A DNA stretch of 64,000 nt from Minisyncoccota bacterium. Its GTDB lineage: Bacteria > Patescibacteriota > Minisyncoccia > Phycocordibacterales > UBA9973. The first letter of the stretch is position 1; every line of letters begins with the position of its first letter. The notes beneath the pieces were generated by a model, which ran no database searches, was not told the DNA's origin, and saw only the letters and a program-made list of their open reading frames with translations. The stretch lies in NCBI GenBank assembly GCA_041666225.1, contig JBAYHJ010000004.1, positions 4,350-68,349 on the forward strand, read 5' to 3'. Shown piece by piece: positions 47,071 to 57,514 of this stretch. A program made the position numbers and the translations under genes.

Positions 47071-48204
47071 ATGAAAAAAGAAAATGAAGATGTTATAGAA
47101 AGTATTGCAGAACATGCAAAGATAGAACTTTCAAGTATTGGTAAAATGTTGGATAAAGTAGAACTTCCACCACAAGTTGATGTTCTTATTGAAGGCCCAG
47201 TGATTTCAATTCAGAAATCATCCGTTTATATAGACCTTACTCCATTTGGAACAGGTATTATTTATGGACGTGAATTTATTAATGCTAAAGATATTATCAA
47301 AAAAATAAACATTGGTGATGTTGTTAAAGCAAAAGTAGTCGGAACTGACAATGAAGAAGGTTACATTGAATTATCTTTGAAAGAAGCAAAACAAGCTCTT
47401 ATTTGGAGTGAGGCTGAGAAAGCTATCAAATCAAAAATGACTCTTGAGCTTACAATCAAGGAAGCAAACAAAGGTGGACTTATTCTTGAATGGCAAGGAA
47501 TCGCTGGTTTCTTACCCGCAAGTCAGCTTAAGAGTGAGCACTACCCACGAGTTGAAGATTCTGATAAGGATAAAATATTAAAAGCATTAAAAATGCTCAT
47601 CGGCAAACGAATAAATGTTGTTATGATCTCAGCTCTTCCAAAAGAAGGAAAACTAATCTTCTCTGAAAAAGATAATAATCCAGAAGAAAGGCAAGAAATC
47701 GTTGGTAAATACACAGTTGGTGATGAACTCGAATGCACTGTGGCAGGAATTGTTGACTTCGGTATTTTCCTAAAAGTTGAAGAAGGTCTTGAAGGTCTTG
47801 TCCACATCTCTGAAATTGATTGGGGTCTAGTTGAAGATCCTAGAACAATGTTTAAAGTTGGCGATAAAGTTAAAGCAAAAATAATTGAAATCAAAGACGG
47901 TAAAATTTCTCTCTCAGTTAAAGCTTTGAAAGAAAATCCATGGAAAGAATTTGAAAATACTCTAAAGAAGGGTGATATAGTCTCAGGAGTTGTTATTAAA
48001 TTCAACAAGCACGGTGCTCTTATCTCAATCAAACAAGGTGTTGCTGGTCTTGCCCACAATTCAGGATTTGGTTCTGAAGAAAAACTAAAGAAAGCTCTTG
48101 AACTTGGTAAAACTTATAATTTCCAAGTAACATTATTTGAACCAAAAGATCAAAGAATGACTTTAGTTTACTTAGAAGATACTAAAACAAGTTCTAGTAA
48201 TTAG
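47071..48204 (+). CDS. rpsA: 30S ribosomal protein S1 (short form with four S1 domains)
   Basis: Repeated S1-domain motifs (..GDVVKAKVVGTDNEEGYIELSLKEA.., ..GDKVKAKIIEIKDGKISLSVK..). Confidence 0.8.
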   Translation: MKKENEDVIESIAEHAKIELSSIGKMLDKVELPPQVDVLIEGPVISIQKSSVYIDLTPFGTGIIYGREFINAKDIIKKINIGDVVKAKVVGTDNEEGYIELSLKEAKQALIWSEAEKAIKSKMTLELTIKEANKGGLILEWQGIAGFLPASQLKSEHYPRVEDSDKDKILKALKMLIGKRINVVMISALPKEGKLIFSEKDNNPEERQEIVGKYTVGDELECTVAGIVDFGIFLKVEEGLEGLVHISEIDWGLVEDPRTMFKVGDKVKAKIIEIKDGKISLSVKALKENPWKEFENTLKKGDIVSGVVIKFNKHGALISIKQGVAGLAHNSGFGSEEKLKKALELGKTYNFQVTLFEPKDQRMTLVYLEDTKTSSSN

Positions 48205-48227
48205 TTTATAGGTTCTAGAAAAAATAC

Positions 48228-48260
48228 AAAAGGCCAGTCGACTTCGTCGACTGGCCTTTT
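48228..48260. terminator. bidirectional terminator (aaaggccagtcgac-ttc-gtcgactggccttt) between rpsA and pth
   Basis: Perfect 14-bp stem flanked by A and T runs. It is itself flanked by a taggttctag / ctagaacct inverted repeat. Confidence 0.6.
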
Positions 48261-48290
48261 GACTAACCACTAGAAACTAATTACTAGAAC

Positions 48291-48881
48291 CTAATTAAAC
48301 ACACTCATTGCTTTTTCTTTTCCTTCTGCTGATATCATCTCAATAATTTCTGTAACTTTTTTTGAAATCTTTTTTATTTCTTTCAATTCATCTTCTTTAA
48401 ATTTTCCTAACAAGAATTTTAGAATTGCCTCTTCCCCTTTTGGTTTCCGAATTTTACCTGATGGTGTCGTCGGTGATATTCCTATGCGAATTCTCATAAA
48501 CTCACGAGATTTAACTTTCTTAATTATTGATTCAAGTCCATTGTGCCCACCTGATGAACGATTAAAAGAAATTTTTAAACTGCCAAGTGGTAAATCAATG
48601 TCATCGTAAATGACAACTAAATTTTTTAATTTTTTAGGATTATCAATAATTCCAAAAACAGCTGTACCTGAATTATTCATAAAAGTTTGAGGTAACATGA
48701 AGTCAAATTTTTCACTTCCAATTTCACCCTTGGTACAAAGTGATTTTAATTTCATATTATTTTTCCATTCAGAAAAATTATTACTATCTGCAATATTTTC
48801 TAAAATAATTCTTCCTGTATTATGTCTTGAAATTTTATATTCTTCTCCTGGATTACCCAATCCAACTATTAATATCATTAA
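48291..48881 (-). CDS. pth: peptidyl-tRNA hydrolase
   Basis: ..MILIVGLGNPGEEYKISRHNTG.. Start trimmed to the MILIVGLGNPG Met. Confidence 0.85.
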   Translation of the reverse strand, partial: LMILIVGLGNPGEEYKISRHNTGRIILENIADSNNFSEWKNNMKLKSLCTKGEIGSEKFDFMLPQTFMNNSGTAVFGIIDNPKKLKNLVVIYDDIDLPLGSLKISFNRSSGGHNGLESIIKKVKSREFMRIRIGISPTTPSGKIRKPKGEEAILKFLLGKFKEDELKEIKKISKKVTEIIEMISAEGKEKAMSVFN

Positions 48882-48978
48882 AACATAATAACAAAAATTA
48901 CAAATAATTGAAATACATAAATAAAACACATTATCCCCTATTATGTCAATACTATTTGTGTGATAAAATAATGTCTAT

Positions 48979-49593
48979 ATGGAAAACAATAATAATCAAA
49001 TTATCAATGAAGTTAATAAATCAAAATTTAAAAAGGGGCTCGAAAGTTTTTGGGATCTTATAAAGTTTGCGGCGATAGCACTTGTTATCGTTATCCCAAT
49101 CCGAATGTTTATTGCTCAACCATTTATTGTAAGCGGAGAATCAATGTTCCCTACTTTTCATGACGGTGAATATTTGATAGTAGATGAATTATCCTACATA
49201 ATAGGAAATCCTAATCGAGGTGATGTTATAATTTTCCGTTATCCAGGTGATACTAAAAGATTTTTTATTAAAAGAATTATTGGTATGCCAAACGAAGAAA
49301 TACTAATCAATAATGGTGAAGTAACCATAAAAAACAAAGAAAACCCAGAGGGTTTTACTCTCGATGAACCATATATCGATGAAAAATTTAATTCAAATTA
49401 TTCTTATAAAACAATAGATAGTGAATACTTTGTAATGGGAGACAATCGAAATAGAAGTTCTGATTCTCGTACTTGGGCAGAATCATCACCAATTAAATTA
49501 ACTAATAAATTAATAATCGGTAGAGCCTATCTTCGTCTTTTACCCTTTAAAGAAATTTCATATTTACCAGGTTATTTTAAAGAATCAAAATAA
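48979..49593 (+). CDS. lepB: signal peptidase I
   Basis: ..VSGESMFPTF.. (catalytic Ser), ..GDVIIFRYPGD.., ..KRIIGMPNEEI.. and ..MGDNRNRSSDSR.. (catalytic Lys region/box E). Confidence 0.85.
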   Translation: MENNNNQIINEVNKSKFKKGLESFWDLIKFAAIALVIVIPIRMFIAQPFIVSGESMFPTFHDGEYLIVDELSYIIGNPNRGDVIIFRYPGDTKRFFIKRIIGMPNEEILINNGEVTIKNKENPEGFTLDEPYIDEKFNSNYSYKTIDSEYFVMGDNRNRSSDSRTWAESSPIKLTNKLIIGRAYLRLLPFKEISYLPGYFKESK

Positions 49594-49598
49594 TTTTT

Positions 49599-50891
49599 AT
49601 GGAAAAGAAAAAAACAAATAAAGGACCCATGTCATCAGTTAAAGGAATGAGAGATATCATTGATGGTCAATATTATCAATTTCAAGGGTTTTTTGAAAAA
49701 GCTCAAGAAATTGCAGTCTATTATGGATTCAAACCAATAGAGACACCTATGGTGGAAAGTGAGGAAGTATTCACTTCCTCTATTGGAATAGGTACTGATA
49801 TTGTTGATAAAGAAATGTATACTCTAAAAACAAAAGGCGGAGATCATCTTGCTCTTCGTCCTGAACATACAGCGGGAATAATGCGAAGTTATATAGAACA
49901 TGGAATGCAAGCTCTTCCACAACCAGTTATGCTTTATAGTTATGGTCCAGTCTTTCGTCATGACAATCCTCAAAAAGGTAGATATCGTCAATTCTGGCAA
50001 TTTGATATGGATGTTATAGGTAGTGAAAAAAGTATTCTTGATGCTCTTGTTATTAAAACTGCATGGACTATATTATCTGAAGCTGGTGCCACAAATCTTT
50101 CTGTTGATATAAATTCTATTGGGGATAAAGAGTGTCGTTCATCATACATAAAAGAATTAGTTTCTTATTATAAAAAGAATATTAATATCCTTCCTGCGAT
50201 TGATCGTGAAAGATTAAAAACAAATCCCCTTCGTATTCTTGACTCAAAAGAAGAAAAAACAATTGAATTAAATCAAAACGCCCCTGAAACTCTTTCTCAT
50301 CTTTGCCCTCTATGTAAAAAACATTTTAAAGAAGTACTAGAATATTTAGAGCAAATGGAAATACCATATTCTATAAACAAATGTTTAGTACGAGGACTTT
50401 CATATTACACAAGAACTGTTATTGAGATAATGCAAGAAGATCCAGAAACAGGTAAAAAAGTTACTATAACTGGAGGGGGAAGATATGATTACTTAGGCAA
50501 ACAACTTGGAAGTAAAAAAGATATTCCAGCTGTCGGTATTTCAATTGGAGTAGATAGAATTGTGGAATCACCTTGGTTTGCTAAACTTTCTCCAAGGATA
50601 ATTAAAAAGCCAAAAATATATTTTATCCAGCTTGGTTTTGATGCCAAATTAAAATCATTAAATGTTATAGAAATACTTCGAAAGGGTAAAATTTCTATTG
50701 CTCAATCTATTTCAAAAGATAACTTAGGTGCTCAATTGGCAATTGCTGAAAAACTTGGTATGGAATATGCAATAATTTTTGGCCAAAAAGAAGCATTGGA
50801 AAATTCTGTAATATTCCGTGATATGAGCAACAGATCTCAAGAAACAGTAAAATTGCCAAAATTGTTAGAATATATAAAAAATATAAAATAA
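49599..50891 (+). CDS. hisS: histidyl-tRNA synthetase
   Basis: ..LALRPEHTAGIMRSYIEHG.. and ..YGPVFRHDNPQKGRYRQFWQFDMDVIG.. (class II motifs 1 and 2, HisRS-specific). Confidence 0.85.
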   Translation: MEKKKTNKGPMSSVKGMRDIIDGQYYQFQGFFEKAQEIAVYYGFKPIETPMVESEEVFTSSIGIGTDIVDKEMYTLKTKGGDHLALRPEHTAGIMRSYIEHGMQALPQPVMLYSYGPVFRHDNPQKGRYRQFWQFDMDVIGSEKSILDALVIKTAWTILSEAGATNLSVDINSIGDKECRSSYIKELVSYYKKNINILPAIDRERLKTNPLRILDSKEEKTIELNQNAPETLSHLCPLCKKHFKEVLEYLEQMEIPYSINKCLVRGLSYYTRTVIEIMQEDPETGKKVTITGGGRYDYLGKQLGSKKDIPAVGISIGVDRIVESPWFAKLSPRIIKKPKIYFIQLGFDAKLKSLNVIEILRKGKISIAQSISKDNLGAQLAIAEKLGMEYAIIFGQKEALENSVIFRDMSNRSQETVKLPKLLEYIKNIK

Positions 50892-50897
50892 AATTTT

Positions 50898-51434
50898 ATG
50901 GTTATAATTGTTCAAAATGGTGATAAAGTTTTACGCAAAAAAGCAGTAGAAGTTCCTATTGATGATATAAAAAAACCTAAAATAAAAAAACTTTTATCCC
51001 AAATGTCAGAGGCTCTTCATTCTCAAGATGATGGAGTGGCAATTGCTGCACCTCAAATAGGTGCCTCTCTTCGTATTTTTATTGTTTCTGGAAGAATTTT
51101 TGATGAAGATTTTATTAGAGGTAAGGGTTCAATGGATGGAGATTTATATAAAAAAATTCGCCAACCTGATTTAGTTTTTATTAATCCAATATTAAAAAAA
51201 ATTTCTAAAGATAAAAAATTAATGTCAGAAGGTTGCCTTTCAGTTCGACCGATTTATGGCAAAGTTCGTCGTGCAACCAAAGCAACAGTTGAAGCATACA
51301 ATGAAAAAGGTGAAAAGTTTACAAAAAGTGGTAACGGGCTACTTGCTCATATTTTTCAACACGAAACAGATCACCTAGAAGGAATACTTTTTATAGATAA
51401 AGCAAAAGATTTGAAAGAATTTTTTACGGAATAA
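50898..51434 (+). CDS. def: peptide deformylase
   Basis: ..EGCLSV.. and ..HIFQHETDHLEG.. (the conserved EGCLS and HExxH Def motifs; the N-terminal Gly motif is not discernible). Located upstream of fmt. Confidence 0.85.
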   Translation: MVIIVQNGDKVLRKKAVEVPIDDIKKPKIKKLLSQMSEALHSQDDGVAIAAPQIGASLRIFIVSGRIFDEDFIRGKGSMDGDLYKKIRQPDLVFINPILKKISKDKKLMSEGCLSVRPIYGKVRRATKATVEAYNEKGEKFTKSGNGLLAHIFQHETDHLEGILFIDKAKDLKEFFTE

Positions 51435-51435
51435 T

Positions 51436-52284
51436 ATGGAAAAATTTAATTTTGCATTTTGGGGTACCCCATTAATATCAAGTAAAACATTGGAGATATT
51501 GAAGGAAAATGGGTATATACCATCTATAATTATCACTTCTCCTGACAAAAAGAGAGGACGTGGCTTAAGTATGCATGAATCCCCTGTCAGTCTCTGGGCA
51601 AAAGAACACAATATAAAATGTTTAAAACCTGAAAAAGTAAATCAAGATTTTATTGATATGTTTGATAAATTAAATATTAATTTATCAATCGTTGTTGCTT
51701 ATGGAAAAATATTACCCGAAAAAATTATTAAAATTCCAACACTCGGGACTATCAATATCCACTATTCATTACTGCCTAAATACCGAGGTGCTTCTCCTTT
51801 GGAGGCATCACTTTTAAATGGGGATATTATCACCGGCGTGAGCATCCAACAGATGGAATTCAAATTAGATAGTGGCCCAATCTTAATAGAAAAAGAAATC
51901 AACATTGATATAGATGAGAATAAAGATGAACTAAAAGACAAACTAATTATTTTGGGTGGTGATTTATTGTGTGAGATTATTCCTAAAATTATAAACAATG
52001 AATTAACTTCAAAACTACAAAATGAATCCCACGCAACATATTGTTCAAAAATTAGAAAAGAAGATGGAGAAATTAATATAAATGGTGATCAAAAAGAAAA
52101 TTACAATAAATACCGTGCTTTTTATGGCTGGCCTGGTACATATTTTTTTATAATAAAAAAAGACAAAAAAATACGCATCAAAATAAATAAAGCTGTTTAT
52201 GAAAACAATTTATTTATAATAAAAAGAGTAACTCCTGAAGGTAAAAAGGAGATTAATTACACAGATTTTTTGAGACAAAATTAA
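51436..52284 (+). CDS. fmt: methionyl-tRNA formyltransferase
   Basis: ..FWGTPLISSKTLEIL.. and ..NIHYSLLPKYRGASP.. (formyltransferase SLLP motif). Confidence 0.8.
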   Translation: MEKFNFAFWGTPLISSKTLEILKENGYIPSIIITSPDKKRGRGLSMHESPVSLWAKEHNIKCLKPEKVNQDFIDMFDKLNINLSIVVAYGKILPEKIIKIPTLGTINIHYSLLPKYRGASPLEASLLNGDIITGVSIQQMEFKLDSGPILIEKEINIDIDENKDELKDKLIILGGDLLCEIIPKIINNELTSKLQNESHATYCSKIRKEDGEININGDQKENYNKYRAFYGWPGTYFFIIKKDKKIRIKINKAVYENNLFIIKRVTPEGKKEINYTDFLRQN

Positions 52285-52664
52285 TATTTTGAAGTAAAAG
52301 GATTTCTTTTTGAAATACCCTTTAACATTTTTTTAATACTAATTGCTCCTCTTTTAAAAAGTGTTTTTTTGCGATCTTTATTATTTATTATTTGTCGAAC
52401 TATTTCTTCTTTTGCATCATCTATCGCACTGTATAGATCATTCTTTTCAGAAAAAGTATAAAATTTGGTACCAGTAATCTCTATATTAAATTCCGCACGA
52501 AAAACATCACCTTGTTTATGATGGTTAGTTGTTTTACCTACTTCTACAAAGGAAATCATTTCTCCATCTTTAACAAACTTTTTAATCCCAGATAAACGCT
52601 TATTCACATAATCGCTAATAGCTTCAGTTAACTCCATATTGGTTGCTTTTATATTTATGTTCAT
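52281..52664 (-). CDS. hpf: ribosome hibernation promoting factor (RaiA/YfiA family)
   Basis: 127 aa beginning MNINIKATNMELTEAISDYVNKRL.. with the sigma-54 modulation protein fold signature. Confidence 0.75.
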   Translation of the reverse strand: MNINIKATNMELTEAISDYVNKRLSGIKKFVKDGEMISFVEVGKTTNHHKQGDVFRAEFNIEITGTKFYTFSEKNDLYSAIDDAKEEIVRQIINNKDRKKTLFKRGAISIKKMLKGISKRNPFTSKY

Positions 52665-52696
52665 AATTTATTTAGGCTTAATTGATAATATATTTA

Positions 52697-52933
52697 TTAT
52701 ACCAAATTTTTAGGTAAATTAATTGATAATATTTTACTTGGGCTCTGATGCCCACTTATTATACGAGTATTTTTTACTGATATTTTAAATAAAGATGATA
52801 TTAACTCACATACCTTTTTATTGGCTAGATTTCTTTCTGCTGGTTCACGAACCGAAACAAGGTAAGTGTCTTCATTTTTCTGTTTTACAGACTCTTTCTT
52901 TGCTCCAGCTATTACTCTAACCTTAATATACAT
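52697..52933 (-). CDS. YggU/DUF167 family protein
   Basis: 78 aa with ..KVRVIAGAKKESV..YLVSVREPAERNLANKKVCELIS.., the UPF0235 pattern. Confidence 0.5.
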   Translation of the reverse strand: MYIKVRVIAGAKKESVKQKNEDTYLVSVREPAERNLANKKVCELISSLFKISVKNTRIISGHQSPSKILSINLPKNLV

Positions 52934-53018
52934 ATATTGATTATACCAAAATTAATGATATCTTGGTAATGGGACTAATACCCTGTTTACCTTCAGATAA
53001 ATAAGTTACAATATAAAT

Positions 53019-53888
53019 ATGAGTAAAATTTTAAAAATACTTAAAGTTGCGTTTATTATTATATATATAATTTCAATTTTTATACTTATCACGATTAATA
53101 ATAAGATCACTGTATCTTATAACATCCCCACTTGGATTATTCCAACTATTTTCTTTGTTAGTATTTTATATATTTGCCTTAGATATATATATTTCATCAT
53201 AAAAGAAAATAATTTCGAGGAAGAAATAATTTTAATATTCAATCATGCTTTTCGTACTCCTCTCACAAATATCATATGGCATAGTAAGGAACTAGAAAAA
53301 AATATTCCTCAAAATGAAAAACATTTATATTTACAAAATATAAACAACAGCGCAAACAAAATATTGAGTATCGTCGATATTTTAATCGGTATTAAGGATG
53401 TTAAAAATACCTCTGGGTATTTTTTTGAAGCTATCTCCATAAGAGAAATTTTAGAAAAATCAATAAAAAAATATCGAGATAAAATTAATAAGAAAAATAT
53501 AAATTTTCAATTTTCAGAACTTAAGGACATCCCACTTTTAACAATTGATTTAAATAAAATTTCGTTCGTTATTGATACTGTTTTAGAAAACGCTGTTAAT
53601 TACACAAAACAAAATGGAAGAATCATAATTGACTGTATATCTGATTCAAATAAACTCATATTATATATAAGTGATGATGGAATCGGGCTTAGTTATTATG
53701 ATAAATTTATGATTTTTTCAAAATTTTATAGAAATAAGATAGCCAAACTCATGAATACAGATGGAATTGGTTTAAGATTGTATTTATCTAGACAAATAAT
53801 AAAAAGACACAATGGAAAAATTTACGCTAAATCAAATGGATTAAATGAAGGTGTAACTTTTTTTATAGAAATACCTTTCAATAAATAA
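53019..53888 (+). CDS. sensor histidine kinase (two TM helices, HisKA plus HATPase_c); no response regulator adjacent
   Basis: H-box ..NHAFRTPLTNI.., N-box ..VLENAVNYT.. and G-box ..DDGIGL.. are present. Confidence 0.65.
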   Translation: MSKILKILKVAFIIIYIISIFILITINNKITVSYNIPTWIIPTIFFVSILYICLRYIYFIIKENNFEEEIILIFNHAFRTPLTNIIWHSKELEKNIPQNEKHLYLQNINNSANKILSIVDILIGIKDVKNTSGYFFEAISIREILEKSIKKYRDKINKKNINFQFSELKDIPLLTIDLNKISFVIDTVLENAVNYTKQNGRIIIDCISDSNKLILYISDDGIGLSYYDKFMIFSKFYRNKIAKLMNTDGIGLRLYLSRQIIKRHNGKIYAKSNGLNEGVTFFIEIPFNK

Positions 53889-53891
53889 AAA

Positions 53892-54272
53892 TTATTTATT
53901 TTTATTTAAAATATCTTTAATATCCTTAATATCTTTTTGAATCTTAATTAACACATGACTTTCTTCGTTAATTTCTTTTTCAGTTTTTTCGTCAATCCTT
54001 TTTTCCTTATTGAGCCCAGAGATAATAATATTTTCTCCAATAAAAAAAGAAACAAACAGTCCAGTTAAAATAGTAATAAATAAACCAAAAATTAAAGAAG
54101 TTAAACCAGATATCCCCCAATCATCAGAAATATGCCAGATACCCCGCCATATTGAAACTATCCCAACACTTCCAATAAATGCATAAATTATTGGGTGATG
54201 AACTAATTCTATTCTGGCTTTATCTTCTATCTCATCAAAAACTTTATGAATTGCATTAAGTATTTTTCTCAT
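53892..54272 (-). CDS. hypothetical membrane protein
   Basis: 126 aa with two to three TM helices and a charged C-terminal tail. Confidence 0.4.
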   Translation of the reverse strand: MRKILNAIHKVFDEIEDKARIELVHHPIIYAFIGSVGIVSIWRGIWHISDDWGISGLTSLIFGLFITILTGLFVSFFIGENIIISGLNKEKRIDEKTEKEINEESHVLIKIQKDIKDIKDILNKNK

Positions 54273-54287
54273 ATAATTATGATTATA

Positions 54288-55784
54288 TCATCCTAAAACT
54301 ATAATTCCTATAATTCCAATAATCGACAAATAAATTAAACATGGAACAATAACGCCTTTTAATACTTTAACTTCTGAATTTTTCATCCCGGTTACAGCCT
54401 CTGCAGTTAAAATATCTGCAAGAGCTATCATGTTTCCAGCAGCTGCCCCAACAACTCCAAGGGATAAAATTATACTAGGATTCATAAAAAGATTTGTCGC
54501 AGCATTACTAAATAAATGACCAAACATAATATTGGAAACAGTGACACTGCCTGTCATAAATGCTCCAAAAGCACCAATAAATGGAGTGAAAAATGGAAGT
54601 AGTGACGTTTCAAAACCTTCTGTCATTAAAGTAATTGCCGAAAGTAATCCTGAATAATTATTCCCGGAATTTATCATAATTTGAACCATCGCTAACATTG
54701 AAAAAACAACTATAAATGGATGTATAGCTCCTTTAAAAGCTTTTTTAACTGAGCTCAAAAAAACTCTTTCTTTTTCTTGCCAAATCAAGATAACTAAAAG
54801 ACCTGAAGCTATAAAAATAAATCCTGGATTAAATAAATTAAAAATATGTTTAAATCCTAAAGATAAAGTTATTCCCATTTTACTTAAAAATATTTTCCCT
54901 AGAATTAACAAAGAAATTAAAATAATATAGGGCAGAAAAGCTTTAATAGATGACATTGATGATTTTTCTCCTTTTATAGTGGAAAGATCCAAGTTTTCTT
55001 TCGGAACTAAAAATTTCATTTTAATTGAAAAAATAATTACTATCATTCCAAAAAGTGAACCTAGTATAGATGGAAATTCTTGACCTAATAAAAGAAAAAC
55101 AAGAGAAGGTACAACAAATATTAATCCTGAAAATATTGCAAAAGGTAAAGCATCAAAAAATTCTTTTTTTCTATTTGGTCTACCTTGGGTAATAATCCAA
55201 AGCATAAAAATAGGAACAATAAAACCAACACAGTTTAGTAAGGCCGCATATAGAGGCACTAACGTCGTATTAAGACCCACAAATCCCATTTTAATAGGAG
55301 TTCCTGCAGCACCGAAAACCCCAGGAGTACTATTACCTAAAAGACCCACAACAAGTGCTTTTATGGGAGTTAACCCTAATCCAATCAATATAGGAACAGC
55401 TATTGCAGCTGGAGTTCCAAACCCTGCTGTCCCTTCGATAAAACATTCTAAGAACCAAGCAATAAGAATTATCTGAATTCTGTAATCCTTTGATAAGCTC
55501 CCTAAATAATAAGATATATTATTAATTATTTTTAAATCTTTCAATATCTCCAGAAAAAATATCGCTCCAAAAATTATTATAAATATATCAAATGCAACAA
55601 AAAATCCTTTCCCATATGATGCATATAAAAAAGATGGAAATATTTGCCAATAAAAAATTGCCAAAATTGTATATAAAGCAAGAGTAATAATAGAGGTTAA
55701 AAGTAATGGAGTTTTCTTTACTAACAATAAAAATAGAAAAACAATGAAAGGAAAAACAGCTAGTAAAATTGGCATATTATTCAT
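54288..55784 (-). CDS. L-lactate permease family (LctP) transporter
   Basis: 498 aa, polytopic. ..TAGFGTPAAIAVPILIGLG.. and ..FGAAGTPI.. match LctP conserved segments. Confidence 0.6.
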   Translation of the reverse strand: MNNMPILLAVFPFIVFLFLLLVKKTPLLLTSIITLALYTILAIFYWQIFPSFLYASYGKGFFVAFDIFIIIFGAIFFLEILKDLKIINNISYYLGSLSKDYRIQIILIAWFLECFIEGTAGFGTPAAIAVPILIGLGLTPIKALVVGLLGNSTPGVFGAAGTPIKMGFVGLNTTLVPLYAALLNCVGFIVPIFMLWIITQGRPNRKKEFFDALPFAIFSGLIFVVPSLVFLLLGQEFPSILGSLFGMIVIIFSIKMKFLVPKENLDLSTIKGEKSSMSSIKAFLPYIILISLLILGKIFLSKMGITLSLGFKHIFNLFNPGFIFIASGLLVILIWQEKERVFLSSVKKAFKGAIHPFIVVFSMLAMVQIMINSGNNYSGLLSAITLMTEGFETSLLPFFTPFIGAFGAFMTGSVTVSNIMFGHLFSNAATNLFMNPSIILSLGVVGAAAGNMIALADILTAEAVTGMKNSEVKVLKGVIVPCLIYLSIIGIIGIIVLG

Positions 55785-55861
55785 GATACTTAGTATAATA
55801 TCATAATATTATGAACTTTAAAATAGTATCTAAAATAAAATTATGATAATATTAGTATTAT

Positions 55862-56932
55862 ATGAGAATAGATGAAGATGTAAAATTAGATTATGCAGAC
55901 GTACTGCTTCGACCTAAACGAAGTACTTTAACATCAAGAAAAGATGTTATATTGGAACGTAAATTTAGTTTTTATCATACCCAAAAAACTTGGCAAGGTA
56001 TACCGATCATGACTGCCAATATGGCCACCTGTGGAACTTTTGAAATGGCGAAGGTTTTATCAAAACAAAAAATGATAACTACTTTCCATAAATACTATTC
56101 GATAGATGATTACAGAGAATTTTTTAAAGATTTTAATAATCCAGATTATATAGTCTATACACTAGGGATAAGAGATGAAGATATTTCCAAACTTAAAGAG
56201 ATGATTAATTTGAATTTATTAGATAATTTTTCTTTTATCTGTATTGATGTTCCAAATGGATATTTGGAAAGATTTTTAGAAACAATTAAATTAGTCCGCA
56301 GTCTTTGTCCGAAACATATAATTATAGCTGGAAACGTGGTTACCAATGAAATGACCGAGGAGATTATTCTCTCTGGTGCAGATATTGTAAAAGTTGGTAT
56401 TGGCCCAGGCTCTGCTTGCACCACAAGAAGGATGACCGGAGTTGGGTATCCTCAACTTTCGGCTGTTATAGAGTGTGCTGACGCTGCTCATGGAATTTCA
56501 AATGGTAAAGGTGGTTTTGGTTTAGTTATTGCTGATGGTGGCCAACAATACCCTTCTTGTATAGCAAAAGCTTTTTGTGCCGGCGCAGATTTTAATATGT
56601 TCGGATCAATGTTTTCAGGATTTGATGAAAGTGAAGGAAAACTTGTTGAAAAAGATGGTAAACAATATAAAGAATATTTTGGATCTTCTTCCAATAAAGC
56701 TCTACTTGATTATTATGGGAAGAAATCAGATTATCGAGCTTCTGAAGGCCGGTATGTCCTTATGCCATACAAAGGACCGATTGAAAATTTTATCCAAGAT
56801 TTATTTGGCTCGCTCCGTAGCACAGGTACTTATATTGGAGCAAGAAGATTAAAAGAATTTCCAAGAAGAGCTACTTTTATAAAAGTAAATAGACAACTCA
56901 CAACTTACTTAGAAAAATACGATCAAGAATGA
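55862..56932 (+). CDS. guaC: GMP reductase
   Basis: Near-colinear with E. coli GuaC. The N-terminus is MRIDEDVKLDYADVLLRPKRSTL.. The catalytic segment ..ADIVKVGIGPGSACTTRRMTGVGYPQLSAVIECADAAHG.. is present. Confidence 0.9.
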   Translation: MRIDEDVKLDYADVLLRPKRSTLTSRKDVILERKFSFYHTQKTWQGIPIMTANMATCGTFEMAKVLSKQKMITTFHKYYSIDDYREFFKDFNNPDYIVYTLGIRDEDISKLKEMINLNLLDNFSFICIDVPNGYLERFLETIKLVRSLCPKHIIIAGNVVTNEMTEEIILSGADIVKVGIGPGSACTTRRMTGVGYPQLSAVIECADAAHGISNGKGGFGLVIADGGQQYPSCIAKAFCAGADFNMFGSMFSGFDESEGKLVEKDGKQYKEYFGSSSNKALLDYYGKKSDYRASEGRYVLMPYKGPIENFIQDLFGSLRSTGTYIGARRLKEFPRRATFIKVNRQLTTYLEKYDQE

Positions 56933-57493
56933 TTAATGATTTTTTAACCAAGTAATCATCTTTTTATATGTATTAGGACCAGTTTCTCCATCTGCCGTTA
57001 AGCCTTGAGCCTTCTGAAAATTCTTCACTGCCGTTACAGTACTTGCCCCGTAATCATTATCAACTTTGTTTGAAGTTTTGTTATATACATTTAAGAATTT
57101 TTGGATAGTACCAACAGCTGGACCTTGGGATTTTAATTTTAAATAAATATTCCCATCTACAAGCTTCTGTAATTCATTTATTAAGGTTTGATTTTTTGAA
57201 ACAACTACTTTAGGTGTAGTAGGGAGAGCCGTAGTTGGTTCTGGAGTTTTAACTTCAATAATATCTTTTTCTTTTTGTGCTTGAAATTCTTTCTCTCCTT
57301 GTAAAAGACTTATATCTTTCTTAAGTTGAATTATTTCTTTACTAAGCTCATCATTTTTATTTTCCAATTCTTTTTGTTTTTGATTATTGACATGAGTACT
57401 TCCTGATTCTATTGTAGAAAAAGCCCAATAACCAGACGCACCAAGTAAACCAATAATAACGATTGAAGATAATATAAATTTAATATTTTCCAT
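56933..57493 (-). CDS. membrane-anchored coiled-coil protein with a C-terminal peptidoglycan-binding (PG_binding_1-like) domain
   Basis: An N-terminal TM segment and a coiled coil are followed by ..VGTIQKFLN....DYGASTVTAVKNFQKAQGLTADGETGPNTYKKM.. Confidence 0.55.
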   Translation of the reverse strand: MENIKFILSSIVIIGLLGASGYWAFSTIESGSTHVNNQKQKELENKNDELSKEIIQLKKDISLLQGEKEFQAQKEKDIIEVKTPEPTTALPTTPKVVVSKNQTLINELQKLVDGNIYLKLKSQGPAVGTIQKFLNVYNKTSNKVDNDYGASTVTAVKNFQKAQGLTADGETGPNTYKKMITWLKNH

Positions 57494-57514
57494 AACCTTA
57501 ATTATAACAAAATA

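Noticed and set aside
46921-47115. 64-aa minus-strand ORF overlapping the rpsA start
   Set aside because: It overlaps the S1 start region, has a low-complexity hydrophobic translation and no support.
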